A model generated the notes under the pieces. That model made no database searches. It had not been told where the DNA came from and saw only the letters and a list, made by a program, of their open reading frames with translations. A program made the translations under genes and the position numbers. From Phoronis australis (Eukaryota > Animalia > Phoronida): a DNA stretch of 64,000 nucleotides. This document shows positions 52,729 to 64,000 of this stretch, one piece after another. The stretch covers positions 42,638-106,637 of the forward strand of contig NMRA01000756.1 in NCBI GenBank assembly GCA_002633005.1, in the 5' to 3' direction. The first letter of the stretch is position 1, and every line of letters begins with the position of its first letter.

Positions 52729-54350
52729 TTTTTTTATTGCATCGGTTCTATCAGAAATTGCTACTTAAATCTTTTATTGTCATAGTCAGCGTGCCAAAAT
52801 CATCAATTTTAGATTTGATGGCAATATCATGTTATAAGCAGGCAACCGTGTCCAAAGTAGATATATTGAATCGTAAGGGTTGCCAAGCCGACATATACAC
52901 TGTTGTCATAGTAACCAGGTGTTTTACCAGTCAATATCGGCAATTTCAGGTTTTCATAGCAAATTTTCATATGAAGCATGTAACCTTGCCAAGAGTGCTT
53001 GGATTGACTCTGTTGAAACTTAGGGGTACTGCGAAGGTGATTGGGTAATCCTTACAATGCTAACCAGGTATTTTTCATAGTCAAGTTTAGAAATTTTAAG
53101 CTTGATGGCAGTCATGTTAAAAGGTCGGCAAACATGCTTAAATCTGTAATGTGATTCTCCCTAAACACTTATCAATCAGTTCCTGACGTCACGCCTGTTT
53201 TAGAATATTTATTGTTCTTGCACGTTCTCCCGTGTCACTGTGATGACAAAAATTGTTGAAATTTATAATTTAATAAAGTTCGGACAGTTTTATAGTTAGC
53301 ATGTAAAGCTATATTTCGCCTCTGTTTAGTTGTCGATATTAAATTCATAACCGAAGCGCTTTGGGTTTTGAGAACATTACCGCGTTTATCAGAATGAGTC
53401 ATCTACTCAAGTGGCAGGCTTTCGCCATTTTCGAATCCGCAATATTTTATGTTTGGCCAAATCCAATAAACTCTCAATCGTTTTCTTGAGTCATCAATTG
53501 TTTTGATAATCTTCTTAGTAACGGAAATAGAATTTTTCACTTTGAAAATATGGAATAGCACCGATTTGATGAGAGTAATAGGCCCAATTCGATTTTCCTT
53601 TTTGTCCTCTAAACAGGACAAAATTTGCATTACTTTACTGTGATGACAGTAAATGATTAACTTTCCGAAAACCATGGGAAATTTACTACGTTATCTAGTA
53701 GTACGTCACAAGGAGCCAACAATGCAAAGGCTGCAGTTCGAATGTTCATCTCGACGTTGCCACTGGTCTGGGTCAACAAAAACCCCTCTTTACACTCAGT
53801 CTCAATACATGAAAAAAGCATAACTTCAGAAAACACACTCAGTGGGATTTCTCAAAGATGAAGAAATTTGACAAGGAAATGTGTTTTTGCTTTGCTACGT
53901 TCACGGGAAAAATAAGATGTCAGGAAATGCAAAAAAAACATGCATTTTTTCCCAAATTCACCATTTCCCCGGTACAAGTGGGGAGACAAGAATCCAAATG
54001 TTTTTGCATTTTAAATTCATGAAATCTAGGTTAAACTATGTCATTACAAACCAGATTTTTGCCGATTCCTTCGTGTCTGAAGGGTATACCTGTCTGTATT
54101 TGTACCAAAACTTTCCCACTGAACAAGAAAATGCTTTCAAAATGGCGGAACTTGCGTATCCGGGCAGAGCAAAAAAGATGCCAAATTTCTTGGGCCTCAT
54201 TTTCTCAAAACAACTTCAATGAACTACTGAATAGTATTTGTGGCAATCACTTGCCATTTACTCCACAACATTGCCATCAAACCTGATTCACACCACTTTT
54301 TTAAATTTTGGGCGTTACAGAAGTCCAATAACCACAATGCATGGGAAGTA

Positions 54351-54595
54351 TATTAATAAAAAATAATTGCAGGCGGTCTGATAGACGTTGTATCAGACGT
54401 GCGCAGGCCTCGCATGTGGGGCCATTCCACTGATCACCTGGAAATATTTTTATGCTTTATTAATATATCGTTAAAACCGAGCTGAGGAGCTAGAAACCTG
54501 GCTCAAGGGTTTAGCAGTGTGACCTGGTGGGACTCGAACCCACGACATCGAGTAAAGAAAGTGGGCACTTATCAACCAGGCCACATTGCCTCCTC
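54351..54595 (-). mobile_element. Full-length tRNA-derived SINE with 14-bp TSD
   Basis: A-box-like TGGCCTGGTTG, B box GGTTCGAGTCCC and an AT-rich tail. The direct repeat ATGCATGGGAAGTA occurs at 54337-54350 and 54596-54609. Confidence 0.85.
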
Positions 54596-56277
54596 ATGCA
54601 TGGGAAGTAGTCGAAGGGTATTTTTCGAGAGACATTCTTCTGAAAGCCGTGGACTTGACCGGCTCTTCATCATTATGCGAGCATTGTTGGAAACGAACTT
54701 GTTTCATTTAGTGCAGGTCCATCGAAAATATTTTCATTCATATTGTCTGACTCAGCCAATATGTCTGTTTATGACGTAAACTCAGCTGAGTCATCCTTGA
54801 GCACATAAGGTAGATAACTCTTATTTATTTTCAGCGTGTCAGTTGTGCTACAGCACTATGGAAATAAAAGAAAGATTAAGCGGTTAATTTATCGGTTATT
54901 TATGTTATATATCAGTGTCATGAATATTTAATTTCCATTCATTAAACTCGCAAACAATGAACTGTAGGTAAGTAAGACTTTAAAACACGTATCAGAAATT
55001 GTATACTTAATAGTAGACAATTCCTGTAACTTTAATTCACGCTGCATATTAAATTAAGTGACGGTATGTCCGCTGAACATGTACAACTGTACCAGCGCTT
55101 TTGTCATAAGTAATTGCATGTAGCGAAGTAAACTCGTTCTGTTTGGGAATTTTCAACTAGAGTTTTAGTTGACCAAGACACCAGTTTGCTTATCATTCCA
55201 GAATAAAGCTATAGGTATGGGGCGTTTAACTTATTGAAAACTTGCATGTCGAGTTCAGAACTTCATTCATTTTGATCAACATTTATACATTATTCACACG
55301 CCTGAGTATTCAACTAGTCAAATGATTTCATTCAGATATTATGTATAAAATTACTACTTAAAGATGTATTTCCATGCTCCTAACTATGCTAGTGTATAGT
55401 AGGAACTAAACGACAATGCTATTTCAGCATTATCTACGCTAAACAAAGTGAAGTTGTATTCTTTGACAACTCGTAAATGTGAAAACAAAAAATTCTGCAA
55501 AAAGTTAAACTCTGCACTAATGACGTACCTTGGGGGCTCACATAACCTGCATCATGCAGTGTTATTCCCAACACCACGTCACGATACTTACGGGACATGG
55601 TTGAATGATTAACGGCAGATCATTTTTGACACAAAACTCGTTTTTGAAAACGTTTGGTTATTTTTAACCTACTTCATATTCACATCGTCGCAGTATGTTT
55701 TGTTTCTAACTAATTTGACCAAGCAATCGCAGAGACAAGAAATTAGAGTGCAAGTTTCACTTTGTTTTTCAAAAATGTCATGTATTTTCGATCATCTCGT
55801 TCACGGGCTCCTCTAGCTGAGATGTCCCGCTGCTTAGCTTACCGGGTCTGTACTACTAGCATATTTATTGTAAATGTTTCTAAAGGAGGCACACTTGCAA
55901 AGTACAAGCATTTTAGAGGTCCCCTTGATTGAAGTTGCCGTTGCCTCCAATAACATCTTCGTAACGTTCTCGACAACAGACATTCTACTCCTTGTCCTTA
56001 GTAACACAACTAACGACCGTTGCCGTCGCAGTTTGTTGCGCATTCTCACGGTGACTAAGTTGGCGAGAAACTGTGTAAGAAACTGAAAATGTGAACAGTA
56101 TACTGAGCCAAAGACTTGTACAACGTATAAAAACTAATTCCAAAGTCAGTTTTCCATGTTTTACTGATAATTACTGCACGTGCAGCCGGCTTCTTAAAAA
56201 ACGAACAAAAAGACACCAATTCAGCTGTTTTCACCCCCAAAGTCACTACTAGGAACTGAGAGACAGCGCATTCAGAC

Positions 56278-56717
56278 TTCTGTGCCCGGTTGCATGAAAC
56301 AGTTCCAAATACGGACTCAACGAAGGTCCCTAAATCTAATGCATGCTTGTGGACTAGTGAAGACACTGAATGTCATTTCCTATAATGTTTTAGTTTCATT
56401 ATTAAGTCAATTTTTGGCTTTGCTACAAAGCTAGATTGATTTTTACGTTGCCTTTTTCTCAAAATCATTAAAAATAAGTAGGGACCTTCATTTTCATGCA
56501 ACGCTCCTAATTTAAGGACTACGTCCCCATTCGTTTTCAATGAATTAAGGGTTCAGATTTTAGTTATACCACTAGAAAATGTCATTAGTCACAGAAGATA
56601 TCATAATAAAGATAAAATGATAGACGAATATTACATTTGTGAGTAAAGAACGGCACAAGTTTTGGGGATCTTAGTTGTGTCCCTATAAGGGACTGTTTCA
56701 TGCAACCGGGCACAGAA
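56278..56717. mobile_element. MITE, PIF/Harbinger-like
   Basis: A perfect 26-bp inverted repeat: ttctgtgcccggttgcatgaaacagt (56278-56303) and actgtttcatgcaaccgggcacagaa (56692-56717). Confidence 0.85.
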
Positions 56718-58421
56718 TTCTCCGAATTACAGAAATCAGGTGAAATGTGGGTATCGACCAGCCAAATTTTTCACAAATCCTAAGTGTCTGAATTTCAACT
56801 TTCCGCGGCACAAAACTTAAAATGCCCAGGTAACCTAGTGGTGTAGACGCAAGTGTTTTATGACAAAAAACTATTGAGTGTCACATTCGGTCACTGTTTT
56901 GAATTATGTTGCCTAGTTACGGGAGTCCACGGTGCCTTGCCTATGCTATCGCACGACGCTTAACTTTCAAGTGCCAGCACGGTAGCTTAAACAAGCAAAA
57001 TGAATAGCCATTATAGCCGAGGTCATTAAACGCATTCACTATTCAAGTTCAGGTGACAACTTATTGACTTTTTGGCGCGCTCGAGACGAAATTGATTTTA
57101 ACCTTTATGGTCTACTCTAAATTGTCACTGAGATTTGTCAGTGATGATGTTTTTATATGGAAGGATAAAGTTATGATATGCTGGACTATTGGTGATCGGT
57201 CACGGCGCTGATTTTCGTGTGCAGTTGTATATTTCGCTCCAGCACAGAAACAGAAAGTTGATGTAAGTCACATCGATGATTTTTCTATAAGGTCACTGTT
57301 AATGATGCTGGTTTACATTGAATTTCACCTTCAATATTTAGAAAACACTCTGCTGTCACTCACCCATGTACATGACGGTGCGAGAACGAAAACTTGAAAC
57401 AAATACCCAACCTTTAGGAACTGTGTTCATTTCTCTTACTTAAATGTTCAGGTATGAGTCAAAATCAGCGAGTTGTTTACATGCCGAGTGTACAGTTGCC
57501 GTTGTGTACATAAATGGAGAATCGCAGCGTACAGTCTGAGGTCGGTTGACGGAAATTACATAAACAGACATCATTAAAAATCAACAGTTATTATTCGTTC
57601 TACATTTTTTCAGATGGGGGACGTTTTATCGAAATTTTACTTGTCAATGAGGTTTTATTTGAATTAGGATACTTGTGATCATTTCTTAACTCATGTCGGT
57701 GGTAAGAGGACCGTTTTAAGTATGACAGCATTTCAACCATATCTGGTTCTGGAACTTGTGCTTTTTTACAATTAACAACTCCACTTAGAGTTAAAAGCAT
57801 TATTCAGGTAAACCACTTCCTAGTGTCACGGCAGGTTACTCTTGTGGTTCGAGGCCGAGTGCGCGGTCTTTTCTCACAGCTGTCGATGAACTCGTCTAAA
57901 GCGTTAGCAACGCTTGCCGACGTAGCAGACTTTGTATGGAATTTTATGAATTACTAATTGTTTCACGTCAAGGTTGCAAACATTCCAACAAGAACATGTC
58001 AAGTTAACGACAATGATTCACCTTGTTTAAGCCACCAACTGTGGGCTTCATCTTGTCCATGATGTTATCATATGTGATTAGGAACGCTAATCCGCATTAT
58101 TAAAGAAACAAAAGATAGGGTTCTAAAAACACTATTCGGGAAAGAGTTTGGACTAAACTGACTTGCATTTTAATTTGTTGTCTTCGATGTTTTAACTTCA
58201 GATATTTTAATAAATGTAAAAGTTGAAAATCAAGTTCGTATTCCAACAGGCACAATGTGTTGCAACGAGAAGTCGATGCGATATTTCCACTCGCTTGTAA
58301 CTTTAATCTTAATGTCAGTTATCGAAAATCTTTAATAGTGTGTAAACAGGCGACTTGAACTCAAGCTATGTTTGAACACTTCACATGTCTTTTTTAGTAC
58401 AATTAATATTTTCTCAGATAA

Positions 58422-58566
58422 TGACTCACACAATGCCTAACCAGGTAAATGGGATGGACTCACGTCATTCTGCACTCGACCAGCGTTTCCGGCACTGTCT
58501 CTAGAACATAACCCGTTCGGTATCGGCTGGGGCTGCTCAGTTTCCTATTTGACCGCTCGCGTAAGT
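58422..58566 (+). promoter_or_regulatory. Candidate promoter and short non-coding first exon of the 59.5-kb gene
   Basis: AP-1 site TGACTCA at 58422, CRE-like TCACGTCA at 58460, Inr-like TCAGTT at 58537 and donor GTAAGT at 58561. A matching acceptor ttttgattttcag ends at 59126. Confidence 0.45.
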
Positions 58567-58628
58567 ACATTTGTTCAACAGTTTTCGGGCTACGAGAAGG
58601 AAAACCGTTTTTAATGCTGTGGCAATGG

Positions 58629-58786
58629 CGCCATGGTGTTATGCTATTTGATAAGTAAAGGCTGTGGCATTCAGTATGGAACTTAATGTGAATAATGACG
58701 ATAATGACGCCATGGTGTTATGCTATTTGATAAGTAAAGGCTGTGGCATTCAGTATGGAACTTAATGTGAATAATGACGATAATGA
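58629..58786. repeat. Perfect 79-bp tandem duplication
   Basis: cgccatggtgttatgctatttgataag...aatgacgataatga starts at 58629 and again at 58708. Confidence 0.9.
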
Positions 58787-59025
58787 CGATAAAGATTTCA
58801 TTGACAAAGACGAAGATGATTGCGACTTAAGTTCAACATTTTCAGTTTTCTTAACCTCATAGTGTTTATTTCCGGCGTTTAGTCGTATAACTTCAACTGT
58901 CTGTGAATAGCATCATAATCATAGTTATTCAGTTAACCTGTGTTAGGAATTGACATCCTGCATTTTCAGTTGTGCTTCACACCTTGCCATTTGCTTAGAT
59001 GACAGTTATTCGTCATCAGCCAAAC

Positions 59026-59055
59026 GGGGGGGGGGGGGGGGGGGNNGGGGGGGGG
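59026..59055. repeat. Poly-G run
   Basis: About 30 G residues with one N. Confidence 0.85.
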
Positions 59056-59539
59056 TGAAAATTTAAAATAAATATTGAATTGAATTTGATTGAGATAATG
59101 TCATTTTGCCATATTTTGATTTTCAGCTCGTTTGGTATTCTTTCAAATCGTCGATTTTTACAACATCGATTTCCATTTCACCATAATGCTTGTTGTTCAC
59201 TCTAGGTTATCATTACCATCGCTGAAAACAGAACACTTTTTGTACACCTGCGTGCTGAACTTTCAGTCCCTCACAGATGTCTTAAATCCTCTTACCTGGA
59301 ATCAAGGTTCTAATTATCGCCAAGAACGTATATCTAGCGGAGAACAAGTGGACGCGACTTACTTGTCAATTAGAGAGAATATCATCGATTCGTTTCCAGT
59401 CGAAGTAAAGGAGATCAGTGGTCGTGATGAAATTAATCGTTGCTCAAACTCCCGACAGTCGTCTTGAAATCATGTCGCCAGTGTTCACAGAGAAAAATGA
59501 TTTTTTCGAATATGTGTGATGTAATTTCAAAGGCCAGGT

Positions 59540-60331
59540 ATGATCACAGCGCGTCAAGTAGCTAGCGTGCGTCGGCAACGCGAGGCGGCCCGAAGAAACA
59601 GCAATACTGCGACAAAACTAATAAATGACACTTCGTCTCAAGGGAAAGACCTGAATTCTCCGGCCCCCTCGCAGGCTGGCTCCCCAGCCAGGCGCTTCGT
59701 GGATGCGTTGTCGTCTGTTACGAGCTCACCAGCGCGTTCTATTGCAAGCACTTTATCCACATCATTGCCAAGCTCTGGTCCTAATTCTCCAGCTCGTAAG
59801 CGTTCTGTAAATCCGTCTAACCCATTAGCGTCTCCAGCTCGCAGAGTGCAAGTGCAGGCGACTACATCGTCAAACTCGCCAGTAAGTCAACCAGGACGGA
59901 GTGATACTTCATTCAAATTCTCTTCGAAGTCAGTTTCTTCTACTCCATTGTCGTCAAGGTTAATTGACGGCGATATGCCACCATCTTACCAAAGCTGCCA
60001 TGAAACTTGCCACGAACCTGTTTTTGGTCTACCAAAGTCTTTATCGAATGGCACATCTTCAACGCACGGAACCATGTCACCCATTACGGATAGCTGTTCT
60101 CACAAAATCCACCACCCGTCATCTTTAAGTATTTCTCCAAATTTAAACAAAATACAAAACGGTGCTACACCTGCCCAGAGATTTCCACCCCGTTCCACAG
60201 ATGGACTGCCACGGTTTGCACAGCTCATCACCACGCCAGGAACAGGGGTTCAGTTTGGTGCTATAGGAATTTGGCGTTCCCCGACCCAGCCTTCAAAGTG
60301 TGGCATCCCAAAAATAAACACAGTCGTGAAG
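59540..60331 (+). CDS. First coding exon of an unidentified Ser/Pro-rich protein with SPAR repeats; gene continues downstream
   Basis: 264 uninterrupted codons from ATG with no transposon motifs, ending at a strong phase-0 donor AAG|GTGAGT (60332). Confidence 0.72.
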
Positions 60332-63300
60332 GTGAGTACATGTATGTAAATTCCCCTTGAACTGAGCAATAATTTAATAGTCAAAACGTTACTCGGACCT
60401 ATACAGGGTCCAATCTAAGTTTGAATCACAACTCGGATTTAGTTTCAGTGTACCACTGTATTGGTTAGTGATAAATTCTGTCATGAAGGTGGCACAGACT
60501 TATAGATACAACAAGAAAATGAAGCGTTGTCTCTAATGAGTGTAAAAATGATATTTATTAAGTTATTTGTTGAATAAATGTACATGCCTATGAGAAGCCT
60601 GTAATTCACCAGGTATTCAGCGTCAAGTGCAACAATCACTGCCCCTCTACAATGCCCTGAATAAGGCTTCTGGGGGCCCTAAGCTATAAAAAGTCTGGCG
60701 GCCCTAGTCATTACAATTCCCACTTTCTCTACACTGGTGGCCACGACTTTCGAGGGGTCCATATATCGACGAGACAGGGCCCCTTAGTATTTCATTAGAC
60801 CACGCGCCCTTTGCTGGAACTTTGTAAGCTTAATGAATTGCCCCGCATCCGCGTCATCACACTTGTATAATATACCTTGTGGAGATGGGAGCCCCTATTT
60901 TGCGTGGGGCTCCAAGCTGTACCTTACTTAGCTTAATGTATAATCTGGCACTGCGTCTGCACCAATGCATTTGCATTCACAAGAGGACCATGAGGGACCC
61001 TTAGCTCAAGAACGTGCTCCGTTCAGGCAAGGTTTCTGCACTTAGTCACCACTACTCAGTGAATCCCTTTGACAGTCATGCAATGTATGACCAGTTTAAC
61101 ACAAGGTTTATAGTCACGACGTGTATTTAAGTAAACGTAGGTAAATCATTAAAATTCAACTGTGACATATTCAATAAAATTTCGAAATTTTTCATTGCTA
61201 CATAAAACTTCCTTAAACGTATTTCTATAGGATTTACAAAACAATTCAAATTTTCATCAAATACTAAGGATTAAGTGAAGGCGTGACATATGTTTCTAAA
61301 ACGATATCACGTTGTTCCAATTTTTCTGGGATGGCACGTGCACAGAGAATGTTTCAGCCTGAGAACCAAACACGAAAGAAGAGAGGTATAGGTAGCGGGG
61401 GCGGGGGGAAGGAGGGTGAGGATGGAACCTCATTAAACATCGAACGTTCCATATAAGCAGATCTAATCCAACAAAGTTACCAAAACTTCCCTTACCATGA
61501 TTACAAATGGTTTCTACCATCAGATTTAATTGAAAAATCACCTTTGGTTGATATCAACCCTCAAAGTTTCATGACATTTTGACATCCGTTTAACTTGCCA
61601 ATGCCCCGAACTGTCTGTATAAGAATGGAAATCATTTTCTAACATGTTCAGAAATGTAAGAGATTTTGTGTGGCTGCGTAATTTGGTCGATATATCTAAT
61701 TGCAATTTTAGTGATGAATACAAAGAAGTCTCTTTTACTGACAGTGTGTTCCTTGCAAGATGGCTGAACTAACTGATGATAATGAGAGTCATAAAAGAAC
61801 AAGTTACACATTTTGCTAGTGCTGTATTTTGCAACTCGCAGCTATAAGCCGTGTACATGCGTAATTTTCGGATCCTTAATTTTAGTGTGCGGCCAAGTCT
61901 TCAATACACATTGTAGTGTTCTTGAACTGCTGGTGTTCTCATTGATAACGAAATTAGAATCACATGATGGCAGTAAGGAATGTTACGAGACCGACTCTTT
62001 GAGTCAGTGTAAAAGGCCTAATTTGATTTTCGTTTGTTTTTTGTTATCTACTAGCTTTAACCAACATGAAACTTCATTGGCTCATATTGTCTCTCTATCA
62101 CGGCTATATTAGTTTCGTAGAGAACTTCTCTTGCTAGAAATGTGAGATCACGCATTTAAGACCACCTACGCAAATCACACGAGTGAGAAGCGAGTATGAC
62201 GCAAGTATGAGCTTTGGGACTTCAGGAGACTCTGTTCAGTTCTCACTGGGTTTTCCCTTGGCAGTGCGCACATCAGTGGACTTGCCGCCTTTCTTCTACT
62301 CTGCCATTTCGTCTCAGTTGCGCTACACGTGACTAGAGAAGCTTTATATTTATTACACTATTGGCCCTTTTACCAAAAAAGGAAAAGTGGCTCCGAAGAA
62401 TTTGAAAAAACGCAAAATTGATAGTTTTCTGTCCAAAGCCACTATTTCCCTGCCAATACTGGATTTGAGCCAACAAAAGGTTCTGAAAGCAAATTCACTA
62501 CAGATTCCACTAGGCACAAAAAGTGCTCGTACCTGGTCAAAGTGTTATGGGTTGTTTTGGGGCTACCTTAAATCGCAGCAGATTTCTCAATCAGTATCAA
62601 CCCAGTAATAATTCAGGGGCCGTCGCTGTGACGAAAAGTTCCACTTATCCAATAGTTGGCTTTTCCGTTCACAACAAGTTCACAAATACAATCTAACCTG
62701 AGTTCCGTACATCCACTTGAAATGCATATATCAAAACTGCCGACAAACCTGGCCTACCCCAAGAAATTTTAAGTTATTCTCAATGTACAGTGCCATCTCA
62801 TTACTCTTAGCAAAATTCTTGCCACCGAAATGATTGGTCTGCGAGGCTAAATTTAGTAAAACACGTTTCCCTCCCATAAACGGCCTAGTATTTCGAGAGT
62901 ATATTTCATGCAGGTTGCATATCAGTTGTACAATTCAACATTTATCCTTATGCCATAAACCACTATTGTGACTGACGTCACGATAAACAAAGATCTGAAA
63001 ATGCATCATTTGCTTAATGTTGAAGGTGTGTCAACAAACTCGATCACTAAAGGTGCATTGCGCATCTGACCTTTAACCTAATCCTCAGTGACCACATGGA
63101 CTTCTGAAAGCACAACGCTGAAAAATGCTGATATCTGCTCAGATTATTGTACATTGGAGGATTTCATATCAACCCAATGTCGTATTTGTAGAATGCGTAC
63201 ATTACACGCCTTTATGCAAATGTCTAACCATCGGTCGCTGTATACCGGCCGCGAAGGACGTGAATCCACAAGTCTCCGACCGATGTTAACTTGCAACATT

Positions 63301-64000
63301 CGAGCATACTGCGCTCAGCGTGATGAAAATCGATGCAGTACCGTTAGGTATTTCGTAGCGAATGAGACTGTTAACCAACAGAGAGGTTGACAGTACGCCA
63401 TGCAAGGCTTAATTATTGTCATTTATACAAGATGGTGGCGACTGGTGCCGTCTTTTCCACTGCGGATTTCACGCAAAAGTAATGAATAATTGGCCCCACA
63501 GTTCGTGGTTGTTTCTCGTACGAGAATCACGTGAGGCAGTGATTGATGGTGTAATTACTCACCTTTGTTGAGTTTGACGTTCACTTGTCATTTTGCAAGG
63601 TGGACAAATACAACCATATCGTTAGCTTTGTGCATTGATGCAATGGCCTGGATGTCTTGTAACTGTTTCTCTGACCAGTTTATTGTCGTGTAAACACCAT
63701 CGAACGTTTCTCATAGACCTTTTCAGTTAAGTTCAAGATAAACCGTAGATAGTGGATTGTCAAAGCAGAAGACGTGATCCGGAGAGAGAAAACAAACGCA
63801 TTCTCGGCCACAATTGTGTGTTGCCGAAAGAATATTGAAGACATATGTCTATTCAATGCATTATCGGATATAGCTGTCATTTGGATCTGGCAACTTTAAT
63901 TTTATCGTCAATTTTGCTCCTTACCCAAGGATTCTTCTAAATTACTTTTTCACCAGACAATTTGCCGCGAACTATGAAAAGACCTAGTGTGGAAGTTGCT

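Noticed and set aside
63560-63900. Minus-strand exon-like segment with donor and a GRECVC motif
   Set aside because: Multiple stops in the relevant frame and the similarity is too weak to call.

Overview
This is AT-rich, intron-containing animal DNA, most consistent with a marine invertebrate (inference), from a gapped draft assembly with N-runs at 22118-22431, 37107-37149 and 50677-51589. It is not prokaryotic, and I found no CRISPR array or rRNA. Most of the window is nested, decayed transposons. (1) A near full-length CR1-group LINE (- strand, ~19.4-30.4 kb) is split by an LTR-like insert that itself holds a DNA transposon and a MITE, and by a TTAA-flanked Kolobok-like deletion derivative (THAP remnant plus a convergent second ORF remnant). 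(2) A Ty3/Gypsy element with 113-bp LTRs lies at 38589-43044, with an inverted second 3' end at 36629-37106. (3) A second Gypsy pol remnant, BEL/Pao and L1/Tx1 fragments, Helentron-like hairpin repeats, tRNA-derived SINEs and several MITEs are also present. Host-gene candidates are a secreted PAN/apple-like first exon (703-990), a single-exon fibrinogen-related domain with TGA at a conserved Trp (31125-31732), and a Ser/Pro-rich coding exon with four SPAR motifs (59540-60331) with a plausible promoter and 5' UTR exon. I did not find a convincingly novel system. The best leads are the in-frame TAG junction between LINE ORF1 and ORF2, the Kolobok derivative, the mismatched Gypsy LTR pairing, and a possible PAN-FReD gene.
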